Origin: Patescibacteria group bacterium
GTDB lineage: Bacteria > Patescibacteriota > Microgenomatia > UBA8517
Length of the DNA stretch: 64,000 nucleotides
Reading direction: 5' to 3'
Assembly (NCBI GenBank): GCA_035291665.1
Contig: DATDRP010000006.1
Span: 209,255-273,254 of the forward strand
Made by a program: the position numbers and the translations under genes
Shown: positions 9,307-18,511 of the stretch, in pieces
Layout of the letters: each line of letters opens with the position of its first letter
Numbering within the stretch: position 1 is the stretch's first letter
Notes under the pieces: generated by a model
What the model was told of the DNA's origin: nothing
The model's database searches: none
Seen by the model: only the letters and a program-made list of their open reading frames with translations

Positions 9307-10566
9307 ATGGACTTTCAAAAGAATGATTATGTGAGAGTAGCTTCTTACGAAGGACAACCCGGTAAAGTCAAGAAAGTTGTCTTGCTTTATTCAGGTGGTT
9401 TGGATACTTCAATAAGCCTTAAGTGGATCCAGGATACCTACAAGGCGGAAGTGGTTACGCTCACGGTTGATTTAGGGCAACCTACGGAAGACATTAGTCT
9501 TATAAAGAAAAAGGCTCTTAAGTTAGGGGCAAAAGCTGCTTATGTACTTGATTTGAAAAGAGAATTTGCAAACGGTTACATTTCAAAAGCAATTAAGGCA
9601 AATGGATTATACGAAGGTAAATACCCTTTATCAAGTGCAATATCGAGATATGTGACTGTTAAGGCAGGCGTCGATATAGCGAGAAAAATTAAAGCTGATG
9701 CAATTGCGCACGGATGTACTGGTAAAGGTAACAGTCAGGTAAGGTTCGACCTAGCAATAACAACACTAGACCCAAAGTTAAAAGTAATTGCCCCAATTCG
9801 CGAGTGGGGTATATCAAGGGATGCTGGTTACAAGTATGCAAAGGAAAACAATATACCAGTCGTAATCAACAAAAAAACCTTATACTCAGTTGACGAGAAT
9901 CTTTGGGGAAGAGGAATTGCAAGCGGTATACTTGAAGATCCATCAAAGGAACCTCCTCAGGATACATTAGGCTGGGTAACACGACCTGAAGATGCACCAA
10001 ATAAACCGGAGTATGTCACATTAACCTTCAAAAATGGTGTTCCTACAGAATTGAATGGAAAGAAAATGGAACTGTACAAGCTTATTATGAAGCTTAATAG
10101 TGTTGCTGGAAAACATGGTGTCGGGTTAATTGACCACGTTGAAGATAGAATTGTTGGACTTAAATCTAGGGATTATTATGAATGTCCAGGAGCAGTAACG
10201 ATATTAGAAGCCCACAAGGATCTAGAAAAATATGTTTGTACTATTCATGAGAATCTATTCAAAGAGATTATTGATAGTAAATGGGCACAGATGGCATATT
10301 TTGGATTGTGGTTTGATCCTCTCATGGATGCTCTGAATGCGTTTGTTGATGTGGTAAACGAAAAGGTAACTGGAATAGTTAGACTAAAACTTTATAAAGG
10401 TGTAGTTATTGTTGTAGGGAGGGAATCAAAATATGCGCTTTATGATATGAAACTAAACACTTACTTTACAGGGCAAACCTTCAATAGACAGGCTTCAACT
10501 GGATTTATAGAGCTCTTCGGTCTCGAAAGTAAAATGGCTAATTTACTAAGAAAGAGTAATCGTTAG
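9307..10566 (+). CDS. argG: argininosuccinate synthase
   Basis: VVLLYSGGLDTSISL (PP-loop SGGLDTS), plus overall length and conserved blocks typical of ArgG. Confidence 0.9.
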   Translation: MDFQKNDYVRVASYEGQPGKVKKVVLLYSGGLDTSISLKWIQDTYKAEVVTLTVDLGQPTEDISLIKKKALKLGAKAAYVLDLKREFANGYISKAIKANGLYEGKYPLSSAISRYVTVKAGVDIARKIKADAIAHGCTGKGNSQVRFDLAITTLDPKLKVIAPIREWGISRDAGYKYAKENNIPVVINKKTLYSVDENLWGRGIASGILEDPSKEPPQDTLGWVTRPEDAPNKPEYVTLTFKNGVPTELNGKKMELYKLIMKLNSVAGKHGVGLIDHVEDRIVGLKSRDYYECPGAVTILEAHKDLEKYVCTIHENLFKEIIDSKWAQMAYFGLWFDPLMDALNAFVDVVNEKVTGIVRLKLYKGVVIVVGRESKYALYDMKLNTYFTGQTFNRQASTGFIELFGLESKMANLLRKSNR

Positions 10567-10677
10567 TAGTATTAGTTATACAGAACATCGCAAGCCCACA
10601 GTTAGTAGGAATGTGAAGTAAATGAAGGTTTTTTAGAATAAAGTCAAGAAATTAATGGACGAAGAATTGGTCCTTAC

Positions 10678-10706
10678 TTGACAATAATTCCACCCTCTTG
10701 TATATT
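10678..10706 (+). promoter_or_regulatory. candidate promoter TTGACA-N17-TATATT upstream of the aminotransferase gene
   Basis: Perfect -35 hexamer and a near-consensus -10 with 17-nt spacing. Followed by hairpin GTCTCA-gacta-TGAGAC at 10710-10726. Confidence 0.5.
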
Positions 10707-10774
10707 CTGGTCTCAGACTATGAGACATTTATTGATTGGTTCATTTTGGAATAACTTCCCTTTTCATTACTTAA

Positions 10775-11986
10775 ATGGCTGAACTTATTAAGACATCAGA
10801 ATACTTCATAGATCTAGAAAATAGATTTGGTGCCAGAAACTATAAGCCGTTAGACGTTGTAATTGAAAAAGGTGATGGTGTTTGGGTGACCGATGTCAAC
10901 GGAAAAACCTATATTGACATGTTAAGTGCTTATAGTGCTCTTAACCAAGGACACAGGCACCCGAGAATTGTCGAAGCCGCCCAAAATCAGTTGAATAAAA
11001 TTACACTTACTTCAAGAGCTTTTAGAAATGACCAATTCGGACCATTTATTGAAAAGTTGAGTGAAATAACTAATAAAGAAATGGTACTTCCGATGAATTC
11101 AGGATCAGAAGCTGTGGAAACCGCATTAAAAACAGCAAGAAAATGGGGGTACAAGAATAAATTGAAGGAGGATGAAGAAGCTCGGATTATTGTTTGTCGG
11201 GGCAACTTTCATGGGAGAACTATTAGCGTGATTAGTTTTTCTACTGAAGAACAATATCGGGATGGCTTTGGACCATACACACCCGGTTTCGATGTGATTC
11301 CATACGGGGATACAAATGCGTTGGAAAACGCGATAAAGCCAAATACTGTAGGATTTTTGGTTGAGCCAATTCAAGGTGAAGGTGGTGTAATAGTTCCTCC
11401 AAAAGGATACTTGCGTGACGCTTTCGACATTTGCCGAAAAAATAATGTACTTTTTATGGCCGATGAGATTCAAACTGGTTTGGGAAGAACTGGTAAAATG
11501 TTTGCCTGTGATCATGAAAACGTAATACCCGATGTTTATATTTTGGGTAAAGCACTTTCTGGCGGAATACTTCCTCTTTCTGCCGTAGTAGCAAATAAAA
11601 ATATACTTGGGGTATTTGAACCTGGTGATCATGGATCAACTTTTGGAGGAAACCCCCTGGCTTCAGCGGTAGGTCTTGCATCGCTTAATGTTCTGGTTTA
11701 TGAGAATTTGGCAGAGAACTCTGCTCAAATGGGAGAATATTTTCAAGATAGATTGAAAAGGATGGAATCTCCCCATGTTAAAGACATAAGAGGAAAAGGA
11801 CTTCTTATTGGAGTTGAATTGGAACCCGCTGCCGGAAAAGCCCGAGGTTTTTGTGAGCGGTTGCAGGAGGTGGGGGTGTTGGCCAAAGAAACCCATGATG
11901 TTGTTGTTAGATTTGCTCCTCCACTAATAATTAATAAGAATCAAATAGACTGGGCAATGGAGGGAATCGAAAGTGTCTTTAAATAA
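10775..11986 (+). CDS. rocD: ornithine aminotransferase (class III PLP aminotransferase; ArgD/RocD family)
   Basis: Near-identity of blocks to RocD/OAT: GARNYKPL, DMLSAYSALNQGHRHP, KITLTSRAFRND, FHGRT, EIQTGLGRTGK, THD..VRFAPPL. An acetylornithine aminotransferase (ArgD) role cannot be excluded. Confidence 0.8.
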   Translation: MAELIKTSEYFIDLENRFGARNYKPLDVVIEKGDGVWVTDVNGKTYIDMLSAYSALNQGHRHPRIVEAAQNQLNKITLTSRAFRNDQFGPFIEKLSEITNKEMVLPMNSGSEAVETALKTARKWGYKNKLKEDEEARIIVCRGNFHGRTISVISFSTEEQYRDGFGPYTPGFDVIPYGDTNALENAIKPNTVGFLVEPIQGEGGVIVPPKGYLRDAFDICRKNNVLFMADEIQTGLGRTGKMFACDHENVIPDVYILGKALSGGILPLSAVVANKNILGVFEPGDHGSTFGGNPLASAVGLASLNVLVYENLAENSAQMGEYFQDRLKRMESPHVKDIRGKGLLIGVELEPAAGKARGFCERLQEVGVLAKETHDVVVRFAPPLIINKNQIDWAMEGIESVFK

Positions 11987-12030
11987 ATTTGGTATTATAT
12001 TGTTGTAAATCAGGAAGATAATAAAGTTAT

Positions 12031-13188
12031 ATGACCGAACACGAAAAACTATTATCAAGTCTTATTGAAATAAAGTCATACTCAGGTGAAGAGAAAGATA
12101 TTCGTGGTTATATAAAAAAATGGTTTAAAGAGCGGAAAATTGATTCTTTTCGGCAGGATGAAAATTTAATAGTTCATTTTGAAGGTGCAGACAGGTCCAA
12201 AGCATTTATTTTTAATTCCCATATGGATACTGTCAATAGGGGGGACGCAGCTTGGGAATATGGACCTTGGAAGCCAACTAAAGTAGGAAATACGCTTGTT
12301 GGATTAGGAGCGAGTGATATGAAGTCCGGACTTACAGCTTCAATGATTTTGGCGGAAAAATATTCGAACGAAAAGCCCCCAGTTGATCTTTGGTTCACAT
12401 ATGTGACAAGAGAGGAAGTAGATGGTTCCGGAACCGATAGTTTTGCACGGTGGTTCTCTCAAAATAAGTACAACATTCAATACAAAGACAAGGCGGGGAT
12501 ATTTACTGAGCCTACGGGATTGAAAGAAATTGAACACGGACATAGAGGCAATTTATTCTTAATCGCGCAAGCAGAGGGTGAATCCGGACATTCATCTCGA
12601 CCTGGCGATATTAAAGGAACTTTAGCAGTGAAACAAATGTTTAATTTTTCTCAATCTTTTCAAGAACAAGTAAAGTTATGGAATGAAAAATATCAAAGTA
12701 AGTATTTTAATCCGGCAATCACTTTGGGAGAACTAACCTCAATCCAGGCGGGTGTAAACGTTGTTACAAAAAACGGACTTCCCGTAATAGTTCCAGCGTC
12801 ACCAAATAAATTTCCGTCTCTTTGCGTTGCGACATTCGATTTGAGAACCACACCGGAATTTCATGCTGCAGCTTTGAAGAAAGTCGAAGATTTAGCCAAA
12901 AAAGAGGGAATTAAGGTTGATTTACTCTATCCGGAAGCACCTGCTGGATTTACTGACCCTCAAGAAAAGATTATTGAAATAACGAAAAGTAAAGTACCGG
13001 ATGCAATATTGAAAGTATCGCAAGGATCGGCTGATTTGGGCTTTTTAACAGGGTTGGGAATAAAAGCAATAATATTTGGTCCCGGTGAAAAACTTCAGGC
13101 ACATAAGACTAATGAATATTGTTATCCTGTTAAAATTCCTCAAGCAGTTGACCTATATCAAGCAATCGTCGAATCTTGGGCAAAGTGA
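12031..13188 (+). CDS. M20-family metallopeptidase (ArgE/DapE-like deacylase)
   Basis: FNSHMDTV, GLGASDMKSGL and E..G motifs of the M20 family. 385 aa. Confidence 0.7.
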   Translation: MTEHEKLLSSLIEIKSYSGEEKDIRGYIKKWFKERKIDSFRQDENLIVHFEGADRSKAFIFNSHMDTVNRGDAAWEYGPWKPTKVGNTLVGLGASDMKSGLTASMILAEKYSNEKPPVDLWFTYVTREEVDGSGTDSFARWFSQNKYNIQYKDKAGIFTEPTGLKEIEHGHRGNLFLIAQAEGESGHSSRPGDIKGTLAVKQMFNFSQSFQEQVKLWNEKYQSKYFNPAITLGELTSIQAGVNVVTKNGLPVIVPASPNKFPSLCVATFDLRTTPEFHAAALKKVEDLAKKEGIKVDLLYPEAPAGFTDPQEKIIEITKSKVPDAILKVSQGSADLGFLTGLGIKAIIFGPGEKLQAHKTNEYCYPVKIPQAVDLYQAIVESWAK

Positions 13189-13189
13189 T

Positions 13190-14011
13190 ATGAATGAAAG
13201 AGAAAAATTAGTGGAATTTCCTTCTCCTCAACTTCTTCGGATTAATGGAATAGCTGGGATGCATTATCGGACAAACATTTCTCCAAGAGCATTACTGATC
13301 TATGGAATTGGCGCTCCCATTCTTCCCGATAATGGCAATTTACCTGATGCACCAAACATTTTAGAAAGAGGTGTAGATGTGTTTGTACCTGATTACATAG
13401 GTTATGGAAGAAGTGACGGAAATTTTACACCTCAGAATTGCATTAACACATTTGTTGAACTATATGAAAATTTTAAACAAGGATGTACTGGAAGAAATTA
13501 CTATGAAGGGGTATCAACAAAACTTAAATATGAAAGAATAATATTTATCGGTAGAAGTTTTGGTGGTACTTATGTACCTTTACTCCCAAGATTCAATTCA
13601 GAAATTAAAGAATTGGCTCTTTTTTACCCTGTTGTAGATAGTAAGCATTGCGGAGTAGTCGCCGGAGAGGAAACAAACGAACGATTTTTGGGAAGCATGA
13701 AGGAGGATGGTTATCACTACCTATATCGGGGAATTCTTGATCTAATGTGGAAAGCTCATTTGGAGAATGAAGACGATTTGTCACCCATGGACAATATGGA
13801 ATATTTGAAAGAAGCTAAATTATTTATTGCCCATGGAATGAAAGATGCCTGTGTAGATTATTCACATTCTGTTGAGTATTTTAACCAACTTCTGGAGAGG
13901 TATCCGGATAAAAAAGATCAAATTAAACTTAATTTATACCCAGAAGGAAAACACGATAAGTCAACATCAAATTTAGCTATAAGTGATTTCCTGGATTGGC
14001 TAGGTAAGTAA
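13190..14011 (+). CDS. alpha/beta-hydrolase fold protein
   Basis: GRSFGG nucleophile elbow and a His near the C-terminus. The ORF-track start at 13076 overlaps the previous gene by about 110 nt. The in-frame ATG at 13190 (MNEREK) directly follows the upstream stop. Confidence 0.55.
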   Translation: MNEREKLVEFPSPQLLRINGIAGMHYRTNISPRALLIYGIGAPILPDNGNLPDAPNILERGVDVFVPDYIGYGRSDGNFTPQNCINTFVELYENFKQGCTGRNYYEGVSTKLKYERIIFIGRSFGGTYVPLLPRFNSEIKELALFYPVVDSKHCGVVAGEETNERFLGSMKEDGYHYLYRGILDLMWKAHLENEDDLSPMDNMEYLKEAKLFIAHGMKDACVDYSHSVEYFNQLLERYPDKKDQIKLNLYPEGKHDKSTSNLAISDFLDWLGK

Positions 14012-14015
14012 TATT

Positions 14016-14768
14016 ATGATCGAAAAGTTGAATATAAGCGTCTTTGAAAGTTCATTCAAGTCAGAAAAAGAAGCAGAATTGAAAACAGGTTTGAATGGAT
14101 GGAGTGACTTGGTAATGAAAGGCTATGGATTTTCTGGTGACAGTGTGCAAAGGAGTCGGCAATTTGGTTATGAATATTCGGAAAATCCGGATATAAATAT
14201 AATCGCAATTCATTCTAAAGATGAGGTAATTGCGACCTTAACTCTTAGTAAAACGAATATATTTGGAGAATATAATTCGTATTGGTTAAATGGGATAGTA
14301 ATTCTTCCTGAATATAGACAGAAAGGGTTTGGTACAAAATTAATTAAAGAGGCAGCGTTTTTAACAAGCGCTGATGTTTTTGTCGGATCAACGAAAAACC
14401 CAGCGGCAGTAATGACTGTTGTAAATGGAGTACTCGATTGTAGTATGAGATCATACTACGGAATGTATGAAGTAACATCTGAAGTCAATTCAGGTAGATC
14501 TGACCTGCATACAAATTATATTTTAGAATATTTAAAAGCAAAAGGTATTGACAACCCGTCATTGCCTCTTGATGAGAATTCGGTGGTTTTATATAAAGAT
14601 ACTGATGTTTTATCACCCGACATTCCAGCAATTGAAACCTACCCTCAATATTTAAAGGAAGCTTTTGTGCCGGTTATCAGAGCCCAAATATCTGTAGGAA
14701 GGACTAAAACTGCCGTCATGCCATTGATTTCAATTGATGAAAAACTTTTATATGGAAAAACTAAATAG
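14016..14768 (+). CDS. GNAT N-acetyltransferase
   Basis: GIVILPEYRQKGFGTKLIKEA matches motif A. Confidence 0.5.
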   Translation: MIEKLNISVFESSFKSEKEAELKTGLNGWSDLVMKGYGFSGDSVQRSRQFGYEYSENPDINIIAIHSKDEVIATLTLSKTNIFGEYNSYWLNGIVILPEYRQKGFGTKLIKEAAFLTSADVFVGSTKNPAAVMTVVNGVLDCSMRSYYGMYEVTSEVNSGRSDLHTNYILEYLKAKGIDNPSLPLDENSVVLYKDTDVLSPDIPAIETYPQYLKEAFVPVIRAQISVGRTKTAVMPLISIDEKLLYGKTK

Positions 14769-15612
14769 AGATGATGAAGACAAGAAAATTGAATTGTGGT
14801 TTGAGATCGAACAAATTGGAGGTGGTATATTCGTAATCGGTGAACCATATCACCGGGAAGAGGTTTTTTGCTACTTTATTGAAGAAAGAGATAAAGATTT
14901 GTTAATCGATACCGGCATGGGGGTTGTACCAATTACAAAGGCTTTGGAAAAAATTCGAAACTCCAATAAAGAGCTTGTTGCTGTTAATTCTCATGCTCAT
15001 TTTGACCACATTGGGGGCAATTATCAATTAGATAATATATTAGTTCCTGATAATGATTGGGAAATTAATATTATTCGTAAAGGATGGAACCACAGTTCTT
15101 TAGAAAGGTATGGATTTAGTAAAGAGTTTAAGAAGAAACCGATCGGTTTTATAGCCGACACTTTTGAAATTCCAGGTTATGAGAAAATATTACCTGTGCT
15201 TAAAGAAGGTTTTATAATTGATTTAGGTGACAGAAAAATAGAGGTTCTTGAAACCCCTGGCCATACTCCTGGTGGAGTATGTTTTTTCGATAGAAGTAAC
15301 GAGAAATTATTCACATCGGATTTGCTTTATCAGGGACCGCTTTTTTGTTTCGAAAATGAGAGTTCAATTGAAGATTATTATAGTAGTTTAGTGAAACTTA
15401 GAGAGATGAAAAACAACATTAAGCAGATTCACCCTGGCCATAATTATTATGTAGCACAACCGACCCTAATTGATTCCGCATTAGAGTGTTTTGATAGGAT
15501 AATAAGTCATCTCAAACCGGATTATGAAGAAAAATTTAATGATCAGACTTTATTTGTATATTCACATCCGTCTGTTGAAAGTTTAAGTGTATTGGTTAAT
15601 AGTAAAGGTTGA
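14734..15612 (+). CDS. metallo-beta-lactamase fold hydrolase
   Basis: NSHAHFDHIGGN (HxHxDH), plus downstream His/Asp ligands (TPGHTPG). Confidence 0.65.
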   Translation: MMKNFYMEKLNRDDEDKKIELWFEIEQIGGGIFVIGEPYHREEVFCYFIEERDKDLLIDTGMGVVPITKALEKIRNSNKELVAVNSHAHFDHIGGNYQLDNILVPDNDWEINIIRKGWNHSSLERYGFSKEFKKKPIGFIADTFEIPGYEKILPVLKEGFIIDLGDRKIEVLETPGHTPGGVCFFDRSNEKLFTSDLLYQGPLFCFENESSIEDYYSSLVKLREMKNNIKQIHPGHNYYVAQPTLIDSALECFDRIISHLKPDYEEKFNDQTLFVYSHPSVESLSVLVNSKG

Positions 15613-15624
15613 AATATCAAACAT

Positions 15625-16059
15625 ATGTTTATGGAAAATGAGTTGATAAAAAGGAATTTCGGCCGTTTGGAATATCACTACGAGGAGGAGCAGCACGTGT
15701 GGATAATTGACTGGATTGAATCGCATGAAAAAATGGGAGGTAGTAAACTCATCAAAGAATTTGTTGAAATAATCGGTTCCGGGGAAAATGTAGTTATTGA
15801 ATACGTCATAGAAAAAGAGACAAGAAACCAACTTATGAATTTGGGATATGTGAACCGATTATTGTCAGGTAACGATCAGGAAATTGAAATAAAAGACAAA
15901 AAACAACTGGGAAAGCTTAAGTTAGTTAATGTTCAGGAAGACGGAGGGGTTCATGTCGATAGTGTAAAAATCAGCAAGCTCGGATTGATAGGGAGAACAG
16001 AAGGTGGGTTAATGCAGCAATTCGGAAATATTCAAATTAGTATTAATGGGCATACTTAA
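15625..16059 (+). CDS. hypothetical protein
   Basis: ORF only. Confidence 0.4.
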   Translation: MFMENELIKRNFGRLEYHYEEEQHVWIIDWIESHEKMGGSKLIKEFVEIIGSGENVVIEYVIEKETRNQLMNLGYVNRLLSGNDQEIEIKDKKQLGKLKLVNVQEDGGVHVDSVKISKLGLIGRTEGGLMQQFGNIQISINGHT

Positions 16060-16069
16060 AAATAAAAAA

Positions 16070-16098
16070 TTGACTACTATATACCTATAGTGTATATT
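16070..16098 (+). promoter_or_regulatory. candidate promoter TTGACT-N17-TATATT upstream of the RocB-like gene
   Basis: Consensus-like hexamers at correct spacing, 18 nt before the ATG at 16116. Confidence 0.4.
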
Positions 16099-16115
16099 AT
16101 CAATAATTTAAAATT

Positions 16116-17786
16116 ATGGCTGTAGAAAAAAAAATTGAGGCTGAAATTCTTACAAAAGCGTTGATTAAACAACAGAGTATAAGCAAACCTGGTGAGGCAG
16201 AATATAGGATTGAAGAGACTAAATTAGCCGAACAAATAAACAAATGGTTTGAGGAAAAAAATGTTCCCTCCTTTTTACAAGAACTCCCAGACGGTCGAAA
16301 AAACGTTTTCGCATTTGTAGCAGGGAAAAGAGATGAAACAATAGTAATTGCTGGTCATTTTGATACGGTTGATGTTAAAGATTATCTTCGAATGAAACTG
16401 CATCCTTTCGACTCTGACACCTTGGCTGAAGAGCAAGAGATTGATACTGAAAGGTATGTTGTCGGTAGGGGTGCTTTTGACATGAAATCAGGAATTGCTG
16501 TTGGGATGACCTTAATGAATAAATGGAATGAAAATAAAGATAATCTTAATGGATCAGTGCTTTTTGTTGCCACATGTGACGAAGAAAACGATTCTTTCGG
16601 GATACTCAATGCGGCCGATGTTCTACTAGCCGCAAAAGGTAGCGCAATTGATGACGGTAAATTAACCAATCAAGTCAAAAAGCTTACTGGAGGTAGAGAA
16701 CTAAATTTACAAGGAGTAATAAACATGGATTATACAACTGAAAGATTCCCTGGAGATAAAGAATACCATGTTTGGAGTGGAACAATAGGAAAACTTTTAC
16801 CAAGTATAATTGTCAGGGGAAAAGAAACGCATGTGGGTGAACACTTTGGTGGTTTTCATGCCTCATCCTTAATGTCGAGAATAGTTTCAGAATTTGAAGG
16901 AAATATGGAATTTGCAGGGAATAGCGTTCCTCCAACTGTCCTTAAATTGAGTGATGGTAGAGATTTATATAATGTTATGACTGAGAGTACTTTAAGAGCG
17001 TATGTAAATGTGTTTAGTGTAGGCCAAACACCCGCTGAAATCATAGATAAGTTGAAAGATAAAGTGACCCAGGTTGTTGGCGATTATTCAGAATCAATTA
17101 AAAACAATTATGGAATTTACAAAAATAGAATGGGTTTACCAAATGAGGTTGAAATCCCCGATTGGGGAAAGCGAACGAAGGTTATGACCTATTCCGAGCT
17201 ATTGGGGTTGGCTAATGAGAAAATCGGAAAAAGTGAAGTAGACAATCTTATAAAGAAAATAGCCTCAACTGTTCAAGGTGACGGGAGAGATGTAAGTTTC
17301 GCCATTGTTGACGCTTTGCTAACAAGTTCAGAGCTTAAAGATCCCGCTGTTATAATTTTCTACTCTCCACCTTACTATCCCTATATTAAACCTGATAATG
17401 GGAAACTCTATGAAGCGACAAAGGCAAAATCTGATGAAGTTGGAAAAGAATATGGTGTATCAATTACCATGCATCACTTTTATCCTTATATTTCGGATAT
17501 GAGTTACCTGAAACTTGAACCGGAAATCAGTTCAAGTATAAATAAATTAACCGGAGAAATGCCTGTCTGGGGTGTAGAGAACGAAAATGGAAAAAAGGTT
17601 TATCACGTCGATCTTGATAAAGTGGCTAAATTGGGGTTACCTGTAGTCAACGTTGGTCCTTATGGACATGGGGCGCATAAAACCGAAGAAAGGGTAGAGA
17701 AGAAGTATTCGTTCGAAATTCTTCCTGATCTGGTAGATCGTATTGTCAATAATATATTTAATGATGACAAAACCCCTTCATTGTGA
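16116..17786 (+). CDS. RocB-like M20-family peptidase (arginine utilisation protein RocB family)
   Basis: GHFDTVDV and GRGAFDMKSG M20 motifs in a roughly 556-aa protein. Size and motifs resemble Bacillus RocB. Confidence 0.6.
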   Translation: MAVEKKIEAEILTKALIKQQSISKPGEAEYRIEETKLAEQINKWFEEKNVPSFLQELPDGRKNVFAFVAGKRDETIVIAGHFDTVDVKDYLRMKLHPFDSDTLAEEQEIDTERYVVGRGAFDMKSGIAVGMTLMNKWNENKDNLNGSVLFVATCDEENDSFGILNAADVLLAAKGSAIDDGKLTNQVKKLTGGRELNLQGVINMDYTTERFPGDKEYHVWSGTIGKLLPSIIVRGKETHVGEHFGGFHASSLMSRIVSEFEGNMEFAGNSVPPTVLKLSDGRDLYNVMTESTLRAYVNVFSVGQTPAEIIDKLKDKVTQVVGDYSESIKNNYGIYKNRMGLPNEVEIPDWGKRTKVMTYSELLGLANEKIGKSEVDNLIKKIASTVQGDGRDVSFAIVDALLTSSELKDPAVIIFYSPPYYPYIKPDNGKLYEATKAKSDEVGKEYGVSITMHHFYPYISDMSYLKLEPEISSSINKLTGEMPVWGVENENGKKVYHVDLDKVAKLGLPVVNVGPYGHGAHKTEERVEKKYSFEILPDLVDRIVNNIFNDDKTPSL

Positions 17787-18334
17787 AAGAAACAGTTGAA
17801 CGATTAGTTATAAAAGAAAATCGTTTCGATAGTTTAAAGGTTGTTGAAATTATTGTTTCAAGTCAAAAGGGCAAGTTTAGACTTAACAATTTGCTTCCCC
17901 AGGGATGGATTTTTGTTGAAGGCAATAAACCGATCCATACTGACCCTGAAAGGAAAAGGATTCAGATACCTCAAACGCAAAAAGACAAAAAAACAAATAA
18001 GGAAGTCCCTTTCTTGTCCGTTCCCGGTAATACAATTGGACTTCTACACGAAGCCGGACATGCTTTTATAGATGAAGAAATGTCAATGGATGATATTGAG
18101 TTAGATTTGTATTTAAGACAAAAGATGAATTACCAAAGTCTTTCTTCTTTTACACAGGTAGAGTTGAAAGAATATGTAAGACTAGTTTTAAAAGCGGAGA
18201 AAAAAGCTTGGGACTTTGCCTTGAGTACATATAGTAATTTATTGAAAATGGGATTTAATATAGAACCGGATTTAAATAAAAACGATCTAAAAAGTTTAGC
18301 TGCCAGGAAGATGAAATCTTATCCAATTCCTTGA
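17783..18334 (+). CDS. hypothetical protein with HExxH-like motif (LLHEAGHAF)
   Basis: ORF overlaps the previous stop. Possible metallopeptidase-like zinc site. Confidence 0.4.
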   Translation: MKETVERLVIKENRFDSLKVVEIIVSSQKGKFRLNNLLPQGWIFVEGNKPIHTDPERKRIQIPQTQKDKKTNKEVPFLSVPGNTIGLLHEAGHAFIDEEMSMDDIELDLYLRQKMNYQSLSSFTQVELKEYVRLVLKAEKKAWDFALSTYSNLLKMGFNIEPDLNKNDLKSLAARKMKSYPIP

Positions 18335-18421
18335 TGAATACAATTTCTAAGGCTAATATTTGAACAGTAATAGTAATAACTTGACAGTATGATATATACT
18401 ATATACACATTTATTATAAAT

Positions 18422-18466
18422 ATGAGACGTGCTCGTACACTTAGAAATACCAGGAGGATTAATTGA
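18422..18466 (+). CDS. candidate Arg-rich leader peptide MRRARTLRNTRRIN
   Basis: 14-codon ORF with 6 Arg codons (AGA CGT CGT AGA AGG AGG), read from the sequence. Directly followed by two hairpin-plus-T-run structures. Confidence 0.35.
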   Translation: MRRARTLRNTRRIN

Positions 18467-18483
18467 ATCCTTTTTTACTTTGA

Positions 18484-18506
18484 CCCGCGATAAGCGGGTT
18501 TTTTTT
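18484..18506 (+). terminator. intrinsic terminator CCCGC-gataa-GCGGG plus T8, ending 5 nt before the ATG at 18512
   Basis: Perfect 5-bp GC stem with a run of 8 T. A weaker hairpin GGATT-aattg-AATCC plus T6 lies at 18456-18476. Confidence 0.6.
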
Positions 18507-18511
18507 GACTT

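Noticed and set aside
13076-13189. Long N-terminal extension of the alpha/beta-hydrolase ORF overlapping the M20 gene by about 110 nt
   Set aside because: An in-frame ATG immediately after the upstream stop (13190) gives a conventional non-overlapping start. The extension is most likely an artefact of longest-ORF calling.
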